Below the pieces are notes generated by a model. It was not told where the DNA came from. It did no database searches and worked only from the letters and a program-made list of their open reading frames with translations. Below, one piece after another: positions 19,456 through 28,924 of a stretch of DNA of 64,000 nucleotides (position 1 is the stretch's first letter; the number at the start of each line of letters is the position of its first letter). The DNA is from an uncultured delta proteobacterium (lineage in GTDB: Bacteria > Myxococcota_A > Polyangia > Haliangiales > Haliangiaceae). The stretch is taken from positions 768,001-832,000 of the forward strand of contig CAVUQH010000003.1 of NCBI GenBank assembly GCA_963743525.1, read 5' to 3'. A program made the position numbers and the translations under genes.

Positions 19456-20220
19456 GTGGACCAGCACACGGTGGTCCTGCACGTGGCCCTGGCGGTCGCC
19501 GGCATCAGCGCCGGCTTCCTCAACACCATGGCCGGCGGCGGCTCGATGCTGACCTTGCCGGTCCTGATGCTGCTCGGCCTGCCGGCCAACCTGGCCAACG
19601 GCACCAACCGCATCTCCGTCGTCAGCCAGTCGATCTCCGGCGTCCACGCCTTTCGCCGCGCCGGCCGCCTCGAGGGCGCGGCCATCGCCCCGGTCGTGGT
19701 GCCCACGGTGCTCGGCTCGGCGGCCGGAGCGGCGGCCGCCGCCCATGTGCCGCCGGAGTTGCTCAAGTACGTACTCCTCGGCACCATGATGGTGATGGCG
19801 GTGGTGATGCTCCTCTTCCCCACCGTCGTCTCGGCCACGGACGACGAGTCGCCCCTCCTTCGCGAGCGCCGGATCGTCGCGTTCGTGGGCCTGTTCGGCG
19901 CCGGGCTGTACGGCGGCTTCGTCCAGGCCGGGGTCGGTTTCGTGCTCTTGAGCGTTCTCGGTGGTGTGATTCGTTACGACGTCGTCCGCGCCAATGCGCT
20001 CAAGCTGGTCTGCACCGGCATCTTTGGAGTGGTGGCTCTGGGTGTGTTCGCATGGGCGGGACAGGTGGTGTGGTGGTTGGGAGGTCTCCTTGCCGCCTAC
20101 ACCGTAATCGGGTCCCAACTGGGCGTTCGCTTCGCTGTTCGCGTGCGTCACGGCGTGATTCGGTGGATCATCACCGGAGCGGTCGTCGCCACCTGTGTCG
20201 GCGCGCTGCTCAAAGGCTGA
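19456..20220 (+). CDS. Sulfite exporter TauE/SafE family membrane protein
   Basis: AGFLNTMAGGGSMLTLP...ANGTNR; GLYGGFVQAGVG; ANALK. Confidence 0.92.
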   Translation: MDQHTVVLHVALAVAGISAGFLNTMAGGGSMLTLPVLMLLGLPANLANGTNRISVVSQSISGVHAFRRAGRLEGAAIAPVVVPTVLGSAAGAAAAAHVPPELLKYVLLGTMMVMAVVMLLFPTVVSATDDESPLLRERRIVAFVGLFGAGLYGGFVQAGVGFVLLSVLGGVIRYDVVRANALKLVCTGIFGVVALGVFAWAGQVVWWLGGLLAAYTVIGSQLGVRFAVRVRHGVIRWIITGAVVATCVGALLKG

Positions 20221-20236
20221 CTCTGGGGGTGACCAG

Positions 20237-21412
20237 ATGGATCGACATCCGACCACGACGACGTGGGTGTTTCCGCCTGCCAATCGCGCGCCGCTGCCCG
20301 CGCCGCTCGAGCGGGTCAACTTGCGCGAGCTCGAAGCAAGGCCGGGTCGCTTCGAGCACCACTTGATGATCGTCGGCCGCGTCGGCGACACCCAGCTGGA
20401 GATCGCGACCGCGTCGGAGCCTCTCTACTTCTGGCACCAGAACCTGTCGGACGAGTACGTGCTGCCGCTGCCGACCGGCGATCCGATGCTCGACTCGTTT
20501 CCCTTTCGCACCTTCTTCGCCGACCCCGGCAGCGGGCAGGATGTCGGTCGGGTCAAGCACGGCGTCGGCCAGATGGTGCTGCACCCGTACGGACTGCTCC
20601 ACTGGCCGGGACGCTTGCGCGCGCCGTACCGCACCTTCGAGTTCGCGCCGGGGATGCGCCGCGCCGGCCTGACCGCGGTCGTCTGCGCCGGGCGCGTGAC
20701 GCCGCCTGACACCCGGCCGCTGTTCGTCAGCCCCGGTTGCGAAGAAGGGCCCAAGGCGTATCGCGGCTTCCCGCTGCCGGTGATGCTGGCCGACCTGGCC
20801 GCCGAGCCGGCGCGCGCCGTCGGTGCAGTCGGCGATACGATCATCGAGACGGTGGTTTCGCCGGAGCGGATCGCACCGCCGCGGGGCGGCTTCGTCATCG
20901 TGCTCGAAGGGGAGGGCGCCGTCTTTCCCGCGGACCTGATCTTCGTGCCGCCCGGCGCCGTGCTGGCCGGCGACGGCATCGCCCGCGCGGTGGTGGTGTC
21001 GTCGACCGAGGCCGAGGCCAGCCCGCCGCCGTCGTCGTGGGAGCTGCCGCCACCGGCGCCGTTCACGCCCAGCGAGGAGGCGCCGCGCGGTGCCCTGCCG
21101 TGCGCGGTCGGCGCGCTGGAGATCAGCGAGATGTCGTCGGAGCTCGTGCGCATCGCCATTGCCGACGAAGCTCGCGAGGTGCCGCGCTACTGGCTGGCGC
21201 GCATGCTGTTCCGCGCCGCGCTCCACGGCTTGCGGCTGGGCTACATGGAGACCTACGGCGGCTTCTTCCTCGACGACGAGGGCGGCGGCGACCTGCGCCT
21301 GGGCCTGCGCGACGTCGGCCACGTCTGGGTCGGCCGCGGCGAAGCCCGCGCCGCGGTCGAGCGGATCTACCGCGCGGTCGCCCCGCCGGGCTACGTCGAG
21401 CGACTGGCCTGA
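20237..21412 (+). CDS. Hypothetical protein with cupin-like (homogentisate dioxygenase-type) metal motif
   Basis: WHQNLSDEY and MVLHPYGLLHWP resemble the H-x5-E / LH-x5-H-x-P site of HGD. Confidence 0.55.
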   Translation: MDRHPTTTTWVFPPANRAPLPAPLERVNLRELEARPGRFEHHLMIVGRVGDTQLEIATASEPLYFWHQNLSDEYVLPLPTGDPMLDSFPFRTFFADPGSGQDVGRVKHGVGQMVLHPYGLLHWPGRLRAPYRTFEFAPGMRRAGLTAVVCAGRVTPPDTRPLFVSPGCEEGPKAYRGFPLPVMLADLAAEPARAVGAVGDTIIETVVSPERIAPPRGGFVIVLEGEGAVFPADLIFVPPGAVLAGDGIARAVVVSSTEAEASPPPSSWELPPPAPFTPSEEAPRGALPCAVGALEISEMSSELVRIAIADEAREVPRYWLARMLFRAALHGLRLGYMETYGGFFLDDEGGGDLRLGLRDVGHVWVGRGEARAAVERIYRAVAPPGYVERLA

Positions 21413-21419
21413 GCGCCGG

Positions 21420-22163
21420 CTACGGCGTGTAGGTTCCGGTGACCTCGATCAGCATGTGCATGTCGGGGAAGCCGACGGCGGTATCGGTGGTCATGTCGGT
21501 GACGCTGCAGTCGGCGGCCATGATGTAGCCGGGCGCGCTCTCACCGCCGGCGTTGGAGCCGATGTAGAAGGTGTTGCCCGCGGCCACGCCGTCGGCCGTG
21601 TGAACCTCGACCACCAGCTTCGAGCCGCCCGGCACCGACGCCGTCACCGGAACGTCGACGAACGCTCCGGTCGAGTCGCTGACGTTGGCGCTGGCGGTAC
21701 CGACCTGGCTGAGGTTGGCGACGCTGACGGCGCCGCTCAGCGTGTACAGGCGGACATCTACCTGTTGCGAGCCGCCGCCGCTGGTCGCCTGCTCGACGCC
21801 GATGTGAACCGACGAGACGCTGTAGGTGCTGTTGACGCCGTTGGCGGACAGATCGAATACGCGGTAGTAGCTGTTCTCGGTGGTGTTGCCGGTGGTGTTG
21901 TCGGCACACGCGACCGAGTTGGCCGACGTGATCGTGGTGCGGTCGGTGGTCTGCGACAGCGTCTTGGTCTGCGGGTTACCACCGCCACCGGCATCCGGGG
22001 TGCCCGGGTTGGTGTTGGCATCGGGGAAGGTGATTCCCGAGTCGGGGAAGCTGACGACCGAGCCATCGGGATTCCCTCCGATGCCGATCCCATCCCCCTG
22101 CCCCTTGGCACAGGCGGTCATGGCCAACAGCGCACCTACAAACGCGACGGAAACCACTCGCAT
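21420..22163 (-). CDS. Lipoprotein, beta-rich hypothetical
   Basis: Lipobox AMTAC, DAG-rich myxobacterial linker, Ser/Thr-rich beta domain. Confidence 0.75.
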   Translation of the reverse strand: MRVVSVAFVGALLAMTACAKGQGDGIGIGGNPDGSVVSFPDSGITFPDANTNPGTPDAGGGGNPQTKTLSQTTDRTTITSANSVACADNTTGNTTENSYYRVFDLSANGVNSTYSVSSVHIGVEQATSGGGSQQVDVRLYTLSGAVSVANLSQVGTASANVSDSTGAFVDVPVTASVPGGSKLVVEVHTADGVAAGNTFYIGSNAGGESAPGYIMAADCSVTDMTTDTAVGFPDMHMLIEVTGTYTP

Positions 22164-22305
22164 GGCTCCATTTTCCCCAGGATCGGCCCTGTTTGGATCC
22201 CTCCTTTGCGTCACAACCGCTGACCTGTTCCGGCAGCGGCCGTAACCAAAGTTAGATCAAGGGGTTAGCCGACGTGTGCGGGCGCCGCGGGCGGCTGTAG
22301 CGGCG

Positions 22306-22545
22306 TCAGTGCTGCTCGTGCCTCTCAGGCTCGATGATGTAGAGGGTGCCGATCAGGCTGCCACCGCCCATGACGGTGACCATGGCCAGCACGAACCAAC
22401 CCCAGAAGCCCAGCGAGAACGGGCCGAGCGCCATGGCGACGACCGGCAGGATGAGCAAGAACGTGATGATGGTGACGACGCCCATGATGCCCCAGGGCGC
22501 TGCAGCCGATGTGCCACGCGGCCACTGACGGGCTTTCGCGAGCAT
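22306..22545 (-). CDS. Small two-TM membrane protein (start uncertain)
   Basis: Two hydrophobic segments, GC-typical codons. Confidence 0.5.
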   Translation of the reverse strand: MLAKARQWPRGTSAAAPWGIMGVVTIITFLLILPVVAMALGPFSLGFWGWFVLAMVTVMGGGSLIGTLYIIEPERHEQH

Positions 22546-22636
22546 GCGTCATCCGTTGGCCCGAAGGTCCGCGAAACTGCTGCGTCGGCCCGCGGGGCCG
22601 CGCGCAGCCGATGCGCGCCGTGGGCCCGGCGGGCCG

Positions 22637-23137
22637 CTACTCGATGCGCTTGATGATGTGCCAGCCGAAGTCGCTGAGCACGATGCCGACCTCGCCGACG
22701 TCGAGGCGCAGCGACAGCCGGCGGAACTCGAGCACCATCTGCCCGCCCTGCTCGACCTCGTAGCTGCGGCCGCTCGCGGCGCTGCCCGGGTCCTCGGAGT
22801 ACTTGGCCATCAGCGGCTCGATCGGCGCGCCGTTCTTCAGCTGCGCGTACAGCTGCTTGACCAGCGCCTCGGCCTGCGCGGCGGTGCGGGTCTTGGCCCG
22901 CGGATCCTGGCGATCCGGATCGCCGTGTCCCTTCCAGCCGATCAGGATGTGCTTGACCGTCGCCTTGTAGACCTTCTGCTCGCGGTCGAGGATGTCGTTC
23001 GACTGCAGCGCCGGCGGCGGCGGGTCCGGGTTCATCCGGTTGTTCATGCTCGGCCCCGACATGCCGCCCGGCTTGGCGGTGCCGCAGGCCGGAATCAGCA
23101 GGGCGAGGGACAGCGACAACAGCACGGGGCGAATCAT
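22637..23137 (-). CDS. Parvulin-type peptidyl-prolyl cis-trans isomerase lipoprotein
   Basis: Lipobox LIPAC; VKHILIGW, AKYSEDPGS, SDFGWHIIKR. Confidence 0.9.
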   Translation of the reverse strand: MIRPVLLSLSLALLIPACGTAKPGGMSGPSMNNRMNPDPPPPALQSNDILDREQKVYKATVKHILIGWKGHGDPDRQDPRAKTRTAAQAEALVKQLYAQLKNGAPIEPLMAKYSEDPGSAASGRSYEVEQGGQMVLEFRRLSLRLDVGEVGIVLSDFGWHIIKRIE

Positions 23138-23172
23138 CGCGGGGACACTAGCACGGCCCCATCGCCGCGCAA

Positions 23173-24022
23173 TCAGCGCGAGCGGTGGGCGTCGAAGGCG
23201 CGCATGTGGCCCTGCAGGAAGACACCCAGGGAGATGTCGTCGCGCTGCAGGGCGTTGGCGCCCGCCTGCACGCCGAGGGTCGCCCACGGGGTGATCCACG
23301 ACTCGACCGCGACCCGCGGCTCGACCAGCCAGCTGGCGTCGTAGGCGTACGAGGTGTCGGCGCAGGCGCCGTGCACGCTGTCGAACGGACAGCCCGACCA
23401 GGCGCGCGCCGACGAACGTCTCGGCGCGGAGATCGAAGTTGCCGATCGGCACGGTCACGCCGGCGACGCCGCCGAGCTCGCTGTACAGGGTGCCGCTGGC
23501 GTTCATCATCAGGTCGGCCGAGGCGTCGGTGGTCTGGCCGTGCAGCCAGGCGTGGCCGATCTTGCCCTCGAAGCCGACGTACAGATGGCGGCTCACGTCG
23601 ATCGACATGCCCAGGTCGAAGGTGGCGGCGCCGGCCAGGCCGTTGCCGATGTCCGAGCCGACCATGCGGTAGGCGATGCCGTCGCCGTGGGGCGCGGTGC
23701 CGGAGAAGGTCATGTTGCGCACCGGGAAGCGGTGGCCGCTGGTGCCGAAGTGAAGACGCAGCCGCGGGAAGTGGGCCACGTTCCAGGTGCCGAAGCGCGA
23801 ACCGGGACAGACCCAGCGGCCGACGACGCTGCTGACCTCGACGCACGACGGCTCGCTCGACGACGACGACGACGATCCGCCGCTGTCGGAGCTCGACGAC
23901 GATCCGCTGCTCGACGATCCGCCCGACGACGATCCGCCGCCCGATGCGCCGCAGGGGAAAGCCGCGCGTGGCGCGAGCGCGATCGCCGCCATCGCCGCCG
24001 CCGCGGCTGCCAGCCGTCTCAT
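23173..24022 (-). CDS. Secreted/outer-membrane beta-barrel-like protein (one apparent +1 frameshift at about 23385)
   Basis: Signal peptide and Ser-rich linker; removing one base in TCCGTTCGAC joins LVGLS to DSVHGACADTSY... Confidence 0.65.
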
Positions 24023-24519
24023 CGGCTCACCTGCGCCAGCGGGCCGACGGCGCCGCCGTCGATGCAGGCGATCACCGGGCGATCGAGGGCCGCCGCCGGG
24101 TCGATGCCGGCAAGGTCCAGGCACAATCGCGCCGGCAGCGACCCCGGCGCCGACGGCAGCTGGTACTCGAGCACCTCGCGCGCGATGGCCCGGGCCTCGA
24201 GCATCCCCGGCCGCACCTCGCGGTTGGGATCGAACAGCGCCATCGGCTGGCGCGCACCGGCGTAGTACTCGCCGACCGCGCGGATGGCGCCCAGGTTGAC
24301 GCGTACCGCCGCGTCGCAGCGGTTGGCGAAGGTGAAGCCGGCGACCGGACCGACGGCGGCGGAATCGCGTACCGGCACCACGGCGACGTCGATGCAGCCG
24401 ACGGTGCGGACTTCACCCGACGCTTCGGGGGTGAGGGTGCCGGGCCGGTAGCCGCGACACGCGACGGCAGACGCCAGGCAACCGATGGCAACGAGCAGTA
24501 GGGGAACGGAGGCGCGCAT
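24019..24519 (-). CDS. Hypothetical lipoprotein
   Basis: MRASVPLLLVAIGCLASAVAC; stop overlaps the start of the next gene (ATGA). Confidence 0.65.
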   Translation of the reverse strand: MRASVPLLLVAIGCLASAVACRGYRPGTLTPEASGEVRTVGCIDVAVVPVRDSAAVGPVAGFTFANRCDAAVRVNLGAIRAVGEYYAGARQPMALFDPNREVRPGMLEARAIAREVLEYQLPSAPGSLPARLCLDLAGIDPAAALDRPVIACIDGGAVGPLAQVSR

Positions 24520-24534
24520 GACGCCTGGCCAGCG

Positions 24535-24550
24535 AGCAAGAAGCACGCCG
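24535..24550 (-). promoter_or_regulatory. Putative sigma54 promoter
   Basis: CGGCGTGCTTCTTGCT = GG-N10-GC with TTGC. Confidence 0.5.
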
Positions 24551-24650
24551 CCACGTGATGCGCGATTCCGCGGGTCTAGCTGCTGCGAGACCTGCACACC
24601 TGTCGATTGCGCACCACACTGTGGCGGCGGCGCCGCGCGCCCGTCCGCGA

Positions 24651-24944
24651 TCAGTTGCCGGCGAGGTCGCTGGTGGCCTTGTGCTGGTAGGCGGCCAGGG
24701 CGTCCTTGTCGCTGGCGATCAGCTTGCACGCCATGTTGGCCTCGTCGCTGCTGAGCTTCTCGTCGTTCGGGCCGACCATCTCCTTGTCGAGCCAGGCCCT
24801 GGTCTTTTCGCAGTAGGCCTTGTCCTTGCCGTCGCACAGCTTCTTGTTGAGCTGGTCGCAGGCGCCGCCGCCCGAGCCGCCGCAGGCAGCGGCGCCCAGG
24901 GACAGGCCGATCATCAGGGTCAGGGTCTTGGCGAGGGTCTTCAT
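24651..24944 (-). CDS. Small Cys-containing lipoprotein
   Basis: MKTLAKTL...GAAAC lipobox; AAGGAG RBS. Confidence 0.8.
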   Translation of the reverse strand: MKTLAKTLTLMIGLSLGAAACGGSGGGACDQLNKKLCDGKDKAYCEKTRAWLDKEMVGPNDEKLSSDEANMACKLIASDKDALAAYQHKATSDLAGN

Positions 24945-24995
24945 GGTGGTCTCCTTGCGTCGGAGGGTTGTTCGGGTTCCGACGCGGAGCCGTAG

Positions 24996-25011
24996 TGCAG
25001 CGGCGATGCCA
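24996..25011 (-). promoter_or_regulatory. Putative sigma54 promoter
   Basis: TGGCATCGCCGCTGCA = TGGCA...TGCA with GG-N10-GC spacing. Confidence 0.55.
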
Positions 25012-25117
25012 CATGTGCGCGGCCCGTGATCTTCGCGGCTTGGCGTGCACACCAGCCGATTCGGCGGGTCGCTCGAGACCCGCGATCCACGGCTGCCCGT
25101 GGCTGTCCGGACCCAGC

Positions 25118-26192
25118 TCAGCCGAGCAGGTCGCGGCCGATGTCGGCCACCGTCGGGCAGCCGCACAGGGCCATGGCCAGGTCGAGCTCGTCGCGGATGA
25201 GCTCCAGCGCGCGACCGACGCCGGCCGCGCCGCCCGCGGCCAACCCCCACAGGATCGGCCGGCCCAGGAGCACCGCGCGTGCGCCCAGCGCCAGCGCCTT
25301 GATGACGTCGGTGCCGCGGCGGACGCCGCCGTCGAGGAGCACGTCGCCGCGCCCGTCGACGGCGTCGACGATCGGCGGCAGCGCGTCGATGGTTGCCGGC
25401 GCGGTGTCCAGCTGGCGGCCGCCGTGGTTGGACACCACCACCCCGGCGGCACCGGAGGCAATCGCGCGGGCCGCGTCGTCGGCGCGGACGATCCCTTTGA
25501 TCAGCACCGGCAGCCTGGTGATCGACTGCAGCCAGGTGACGTCCTTCCAGCTCAGCGATGGATCGAGCAGCGAGGCGACGTACGAGGCCAGGCCGGAGCC
25601 CTCGGTCCGAGGAAAGCGCTCGAGGCCGGCGGGCAGCAGGTTGGCCAGCACCATGCCGTCGGGGAACTGGAAGCGGTTGCGCACGTCGCGCTCGCGGCGG
25701 CCGAGCAGTGGCGCGTTGACCGTCAGCACCAGCGCCGTGCAGCCGGCCGCCTCGACGCGCTCGACCAGCGCCCGGGTCACCGCCCGGTCGCGATACACAT
25801 AGAGCTGAAACCACAGTGGCCCGCTCGCCGCGGCCGCGACCTCCTCCACCGGCGTGGTGCTCAACGTTCAACAGGATCATCGCCGTCCCCGCGGCGCCGG
25901 CCGCCCGCGCGGTGGCCACCTCACCGTCCGGATGCGCCAGCTTGTGCGCCGCCGTCGGCGCCACCAGGATCGGCATCGCCACCGGCGTGCCCAGCACCGA
26001 CGCCGACAGGTCGCGGCGGCTGACGTTGACCAACACGCGGTAGTACAGCTTGATGCGAGCGAACGCGTCGTGGTTGTCGCGCAGCGTCAGCTCGTCGTCG
26101 GCGCCGCTGGCGTAGTAGTCCCACGCCGACGGCTCCATGTTGCGGCGCGCCAGCGCCTCGAGCTCCTGCAGGTTGAGCGCCTCGCCATCCAT
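25118..26192 (-). CDS. FMN-dependent alpha-hydroxy acid oxidase (glycolate/lactate oxidase family; apparent +1 frameshift at about 25868)
   Basis: DYYASGADDELTL, WFQLY, VSNHGGRQLD, DGGVRRGTD, GRPILWG; two ORFs join at MIL-STLSTT. Confidence 0.9.
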
Positions 26193-26229
26193 GCCCCGAA
26201 CCTACCGCGTCGGGTGTACGCTGGGAACG

Positions 26230-26853
26230 ATGACCGATGAGATGCTCAAGGGCAGCGAAGCCCGCCTGTGGAGCTTGATCGAGCAACGAACCCGCGTCGG
26301 CGCCGACACTGCGGCCATCGATGCGCGCATCTGGGAGCTGTTCGGCGAGGACTGGACGGTGGTCTTCACCGACCTGGCCGGCTTCTCGCGGCGGACGGAG
26401 AAGTTCGGCATCATCCACTTCCTCCAGCTCATCCACGAGCAGCATCGGTTGCTGTTGCCGGTGGTCGCCGACCGCGGCGGCTTCCTGGTCAAGAGCGAGG
26501 CCGACAGCTACATCCTGTTGTTTCGCAGCCCGCGCACTGCCCTCGACTGCGCGGTGGCGATGCAGCACGTCTGCCAGAAGATCAATCAGCGGCGGGTGCC
26601 CGAGGAGCAGATCCTGCTGTGCATCGGCATGGGCCACGGCCGCATCCTCCGCGTCGGTGATCACGAGGTGTGGGGCAAGGAGGTCAACGCCTCCAGCCGC
26701 CTGGGCGAAGACACCGCCCGCGCCGACGAGATCCTGGTCACCTCCGGCTTCCGCGACGCCCTCGGCCATTTCGATGGCATCGAGCTCGAGCCGATCGACG
26801 TCGAAGTGCCCGGCTCTCCGACCAACTACCGCGTCCTGTACAAGCACGCGTAG
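26230..26853 (+). CDS. Stand-alone class III adenylate/guanylate cyclase domain protein
   Basis: VFTDLAGFS, VKSEADS, CIGMGHG, WGKEVNASSRL. Confidence 0.85.
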   Translation: MTDEMLKGSEARLWSLIEQRTRVGADTAAIDARIWELFGEDWTVVFTDLAGFSRRTEKFGIIHFLQLIHEQHRLLLPVVADRGGFLVKSEADSYILLFRSPRTALDCAVAMQHVCQKINQRRVPEEQILLCIGMGHGRILRVGDHEVWGKEVNASSRLGEDTARADEILVTSGFRDALGHFDGIELEPIDVEVPGSPTNYRVLYKHA

Positions 26854-26862
26854 ACTACCGCC

Positions 26863-27636
26863 ATGAAACGACTCGACGGCAAGCGTGCGATCGTCACCGG
26901 CGCGGCGAGCGGAATCGGCCGCGCGTGCGCGCACATCATGGCTCGCGAGGGCGCCTCCTTGCTGCTGGTTGACCGCCAACCCGAGGTCGAGGCCGTCGCC
27001 GGTGAGCTGGGCGCGCTGTGGCTGACCGGAAGCGTGGGCGACGAAGAGGTCGCGACCACTGCGGTCGGGCGCACCGTGGCCGAGCTGGGCGGGCTCGACG
27101 TCGTCGTCGCCAACGCCGGCATCACCGGCGCTGTGGTTCCGCTGCTCGAGCTCGACGTCGCCGACTTTCGCAAGGTGCTCGACGTCAACCTGCTCGGCGC
27201 GTTCCTGTTCCTCCAGCACGGCGCTCGACACATGGTCGGCGCCGGCGGCGGCGCCGTCGTCTGCACCGCCAGCGTCGCCGGCTTGCGCGCGGGCGCCGGG
27301 CCCGCGCACTACAGCGCCAGCAAGGCGGCGATCATCAGCCTGGTGCAGAACGCCGCCTTTCAGCTGGGCGGCACCGGCGTGCGCGTCAACGCCGTCTGTC
27401 CCGGCCTGATCGAAACCGCGATGACGCGGCCGATCTTCGACATGGCCCGGCAGGCGGGCAAGGAACAGAAGATCGGTCAGCTGAACCCGACCCGCCGCGC
27501 CGGTCAGCCGGAAGAGATCGCCGAGGTCGTCGCCTTTCTCGCCAGCGACGCCGCCAGCTACGTCAACGGCCAGGCGGTGGTGGTCGACGGTGGCCTGTCG
27601 GCCGCGCACCCACACGTGCCCGGCCGAATGATGTGA
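26863..27636 (+). CDS. Short-chain dehydrogenase/reductase
   Basis: TGAASGIG, NAG, YSASK, VNAVCPG. Confidence 0.95.
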   Translation: MKRLDGKRAIVTGAASGIGRACAHIMAREGASLLLVDRQPEVEAVAGELGALWLTGSVGDEEVATTAVGRTVAELGGLDVVVANAGITGAVVPLLELDVADFRKVLDVNLLGAFLFLQHGARHMVGAGGGAVVCTASVAGLRAGAGPAHYSASKAAIISLVQNAAFQLGGTGVRVNAVCPGLIETAMTRPIFDMARQAGKEQKIGQLNPTRRAGQPEEIAEVVAFLASDAASYVNGQAVVVDGGLSAAHPHVPGRMM

Positions 27637-27665
27637 AGCAAACGACCCATCCTGGGTGATATCCT

Positions 27666-28805
27666 GTGGGTATGGGGGCTCAGGGGACCCGCCTCGGCGT
27701 AGCCGCGGCGGCCGTGGCTTTGGTGCTGGTGGGCGTGTTGAGCCATCACTGGTACGTCGCGTCGATCAGCGGTTTCGGCGGTGACTCGCCGTCGGCCTAC
27801 TTCGGGCTGCGCGGCGTGACCGAGTGTGCGAACAACGTCTGCGTCACCGCGTCCTATGGCGGACTGCCGGTGGCCGGCCTCGGCGCGGCGTTCAAGATGT
27901 TCGCAACGCTCGCCTTCTTCGGCGGCATCGTCGGCGGCATCCTGCTCGCGGTCGGCGTCGTCCTGCGCGAGTTCTCCAATGTCAACAGGCTCGCGGGGGC
28001 GGCCAGCATCATCCTCGGCATGGTCGGCTTCACCAGCATTGCCGCCATCGTCACGTTTCCCGGCCAGTCGCCAGCGATTCCCGAGCTCAAAGTCAACATG
28101 TCGATCGGCTTCAGCTTCTACATCACGCTGGTCGGCGCGCTGGTCGGCGCCGTCGCTGGCCGCCTGCGCGAGAGCGGTGGCTGGGAGGGGCGCGAGTACA
28201 TCCCGGTTCGCATTGGCGACAAGCCCGCACCCGCACCCGCTGGCGTGCCCGCACACTCGCTCACCCCCGCGCCCGCCGGCTCGCCCACGCCCGCGCCCGC
28301 CGGCTCGCCCGCGCCCGCGCCCGCCGGCTCGCCCACGCCCGCGCCCGAACCCGCGCCGGCGCGCGCCCTCACCCCGGCCCCGACCAGGTCGAGCGATCTC
28401 CGCTTCGTCGCCCGCTCCATCGAGGTCTCCGGTGTCGGCATGACCGCGATCCTCGAGGACGCGACCCAGGTCGACCTCCTCTGGTCGCAGGTCGGGCGGG
28501 TCATTGCCCGTCACCTGCCGCCCGATCCGCCGTACGACGAGCGGCTGTTCATCGACATCGTGCCCGCCGCTTCCGGCTCGAAGCCAGTTCGCATCCTGCC
28601 GACCACCCTGGCCAATTGGAGTGATCTCCCCGGCGGCGCCGAGGTCAGCTCGCAGGGCAACCTGCGAAAGCTCGGCGCCCTCATCGAGGATCATCGCCGC
28701 GGCGCCATCGAGCCAAATTCGATCGGCTTCTTCCTGGAAAACCAGCGCGCTCCCGCGTTCCCGGCCCCGCGACAGCTGGCCGAGTACGAAGCCCAATTCG
28801 GCTAA
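27666..28805 (+). CDS. Four-TM membrane protein (claudin/PMP22-like topology) with Pro/Ala linker and cytoplasmic domain
   Basis: TM1, W...FGL...C...C loop, TM2, TM3, GFSFY, TM4; PAPAGSP repeats. Confidence 0.7.
   Translation: MGMGAQGTRLGVAAAAVALVLVGVLSHHWYVASISGFGGDSPSAYFGLRGVTECANNVCVTASYGGLPVAGLGAAFKMFATLAFFGGIVGGILLAVGVVLREFSNVNRLAGAASIILGMVGFTSIAAIVTFPGQSPAIPELKVNMSIGFSFYITLVGALVGAVAGRLRESGGWEGREYIPVRIGDKPAPAPAGVPAHSLTPAPAGSPTPAPAGSPAPAPAGSPTPAPEPAPARALTPAPTRSSDLRFVARSIEVSGVGMTAILEDATQVDLLWSQVGRVIARHLPPDPPYDERLFIDIVPAASGSKPVRILPTTLANWSDLPGGAEVSSQGNLRKLGALIEDHRRGAIEPNSIGFFLENQRAPAFPAPRQLAEYEAQFG
28266..28346 (+). repeat. 24-bp tandem repeat x3.4 encoding PAPAGSP(T/A)
   Basis: CCCGCGCCCGCCGGCTCGCCC(A/G)CG units. 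Confidence 0.85.
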
Positions 28806-28924
28806 GCCCGCTTTTTCCAACACACCGGCGGTATCTTCCGCTACGACTTTTCCGAAACCTGTTCCGTTCCGGATCGGTTACAGTATCGTCTGATTCCTGC
28901 GACAATACTGGAATCTTCCACCAC

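Noticed and set aside
23855..23940. GACGAC-type repeats as an independent element
   Set aside because: Encodes an ordinary Ser/Gly linker
22637..24124. Fusion of the beta-barrel protein to parvulin
   Set aside because: Artefact of the frameshift at about 23385; parvulin has its own start and lipobox at 23137
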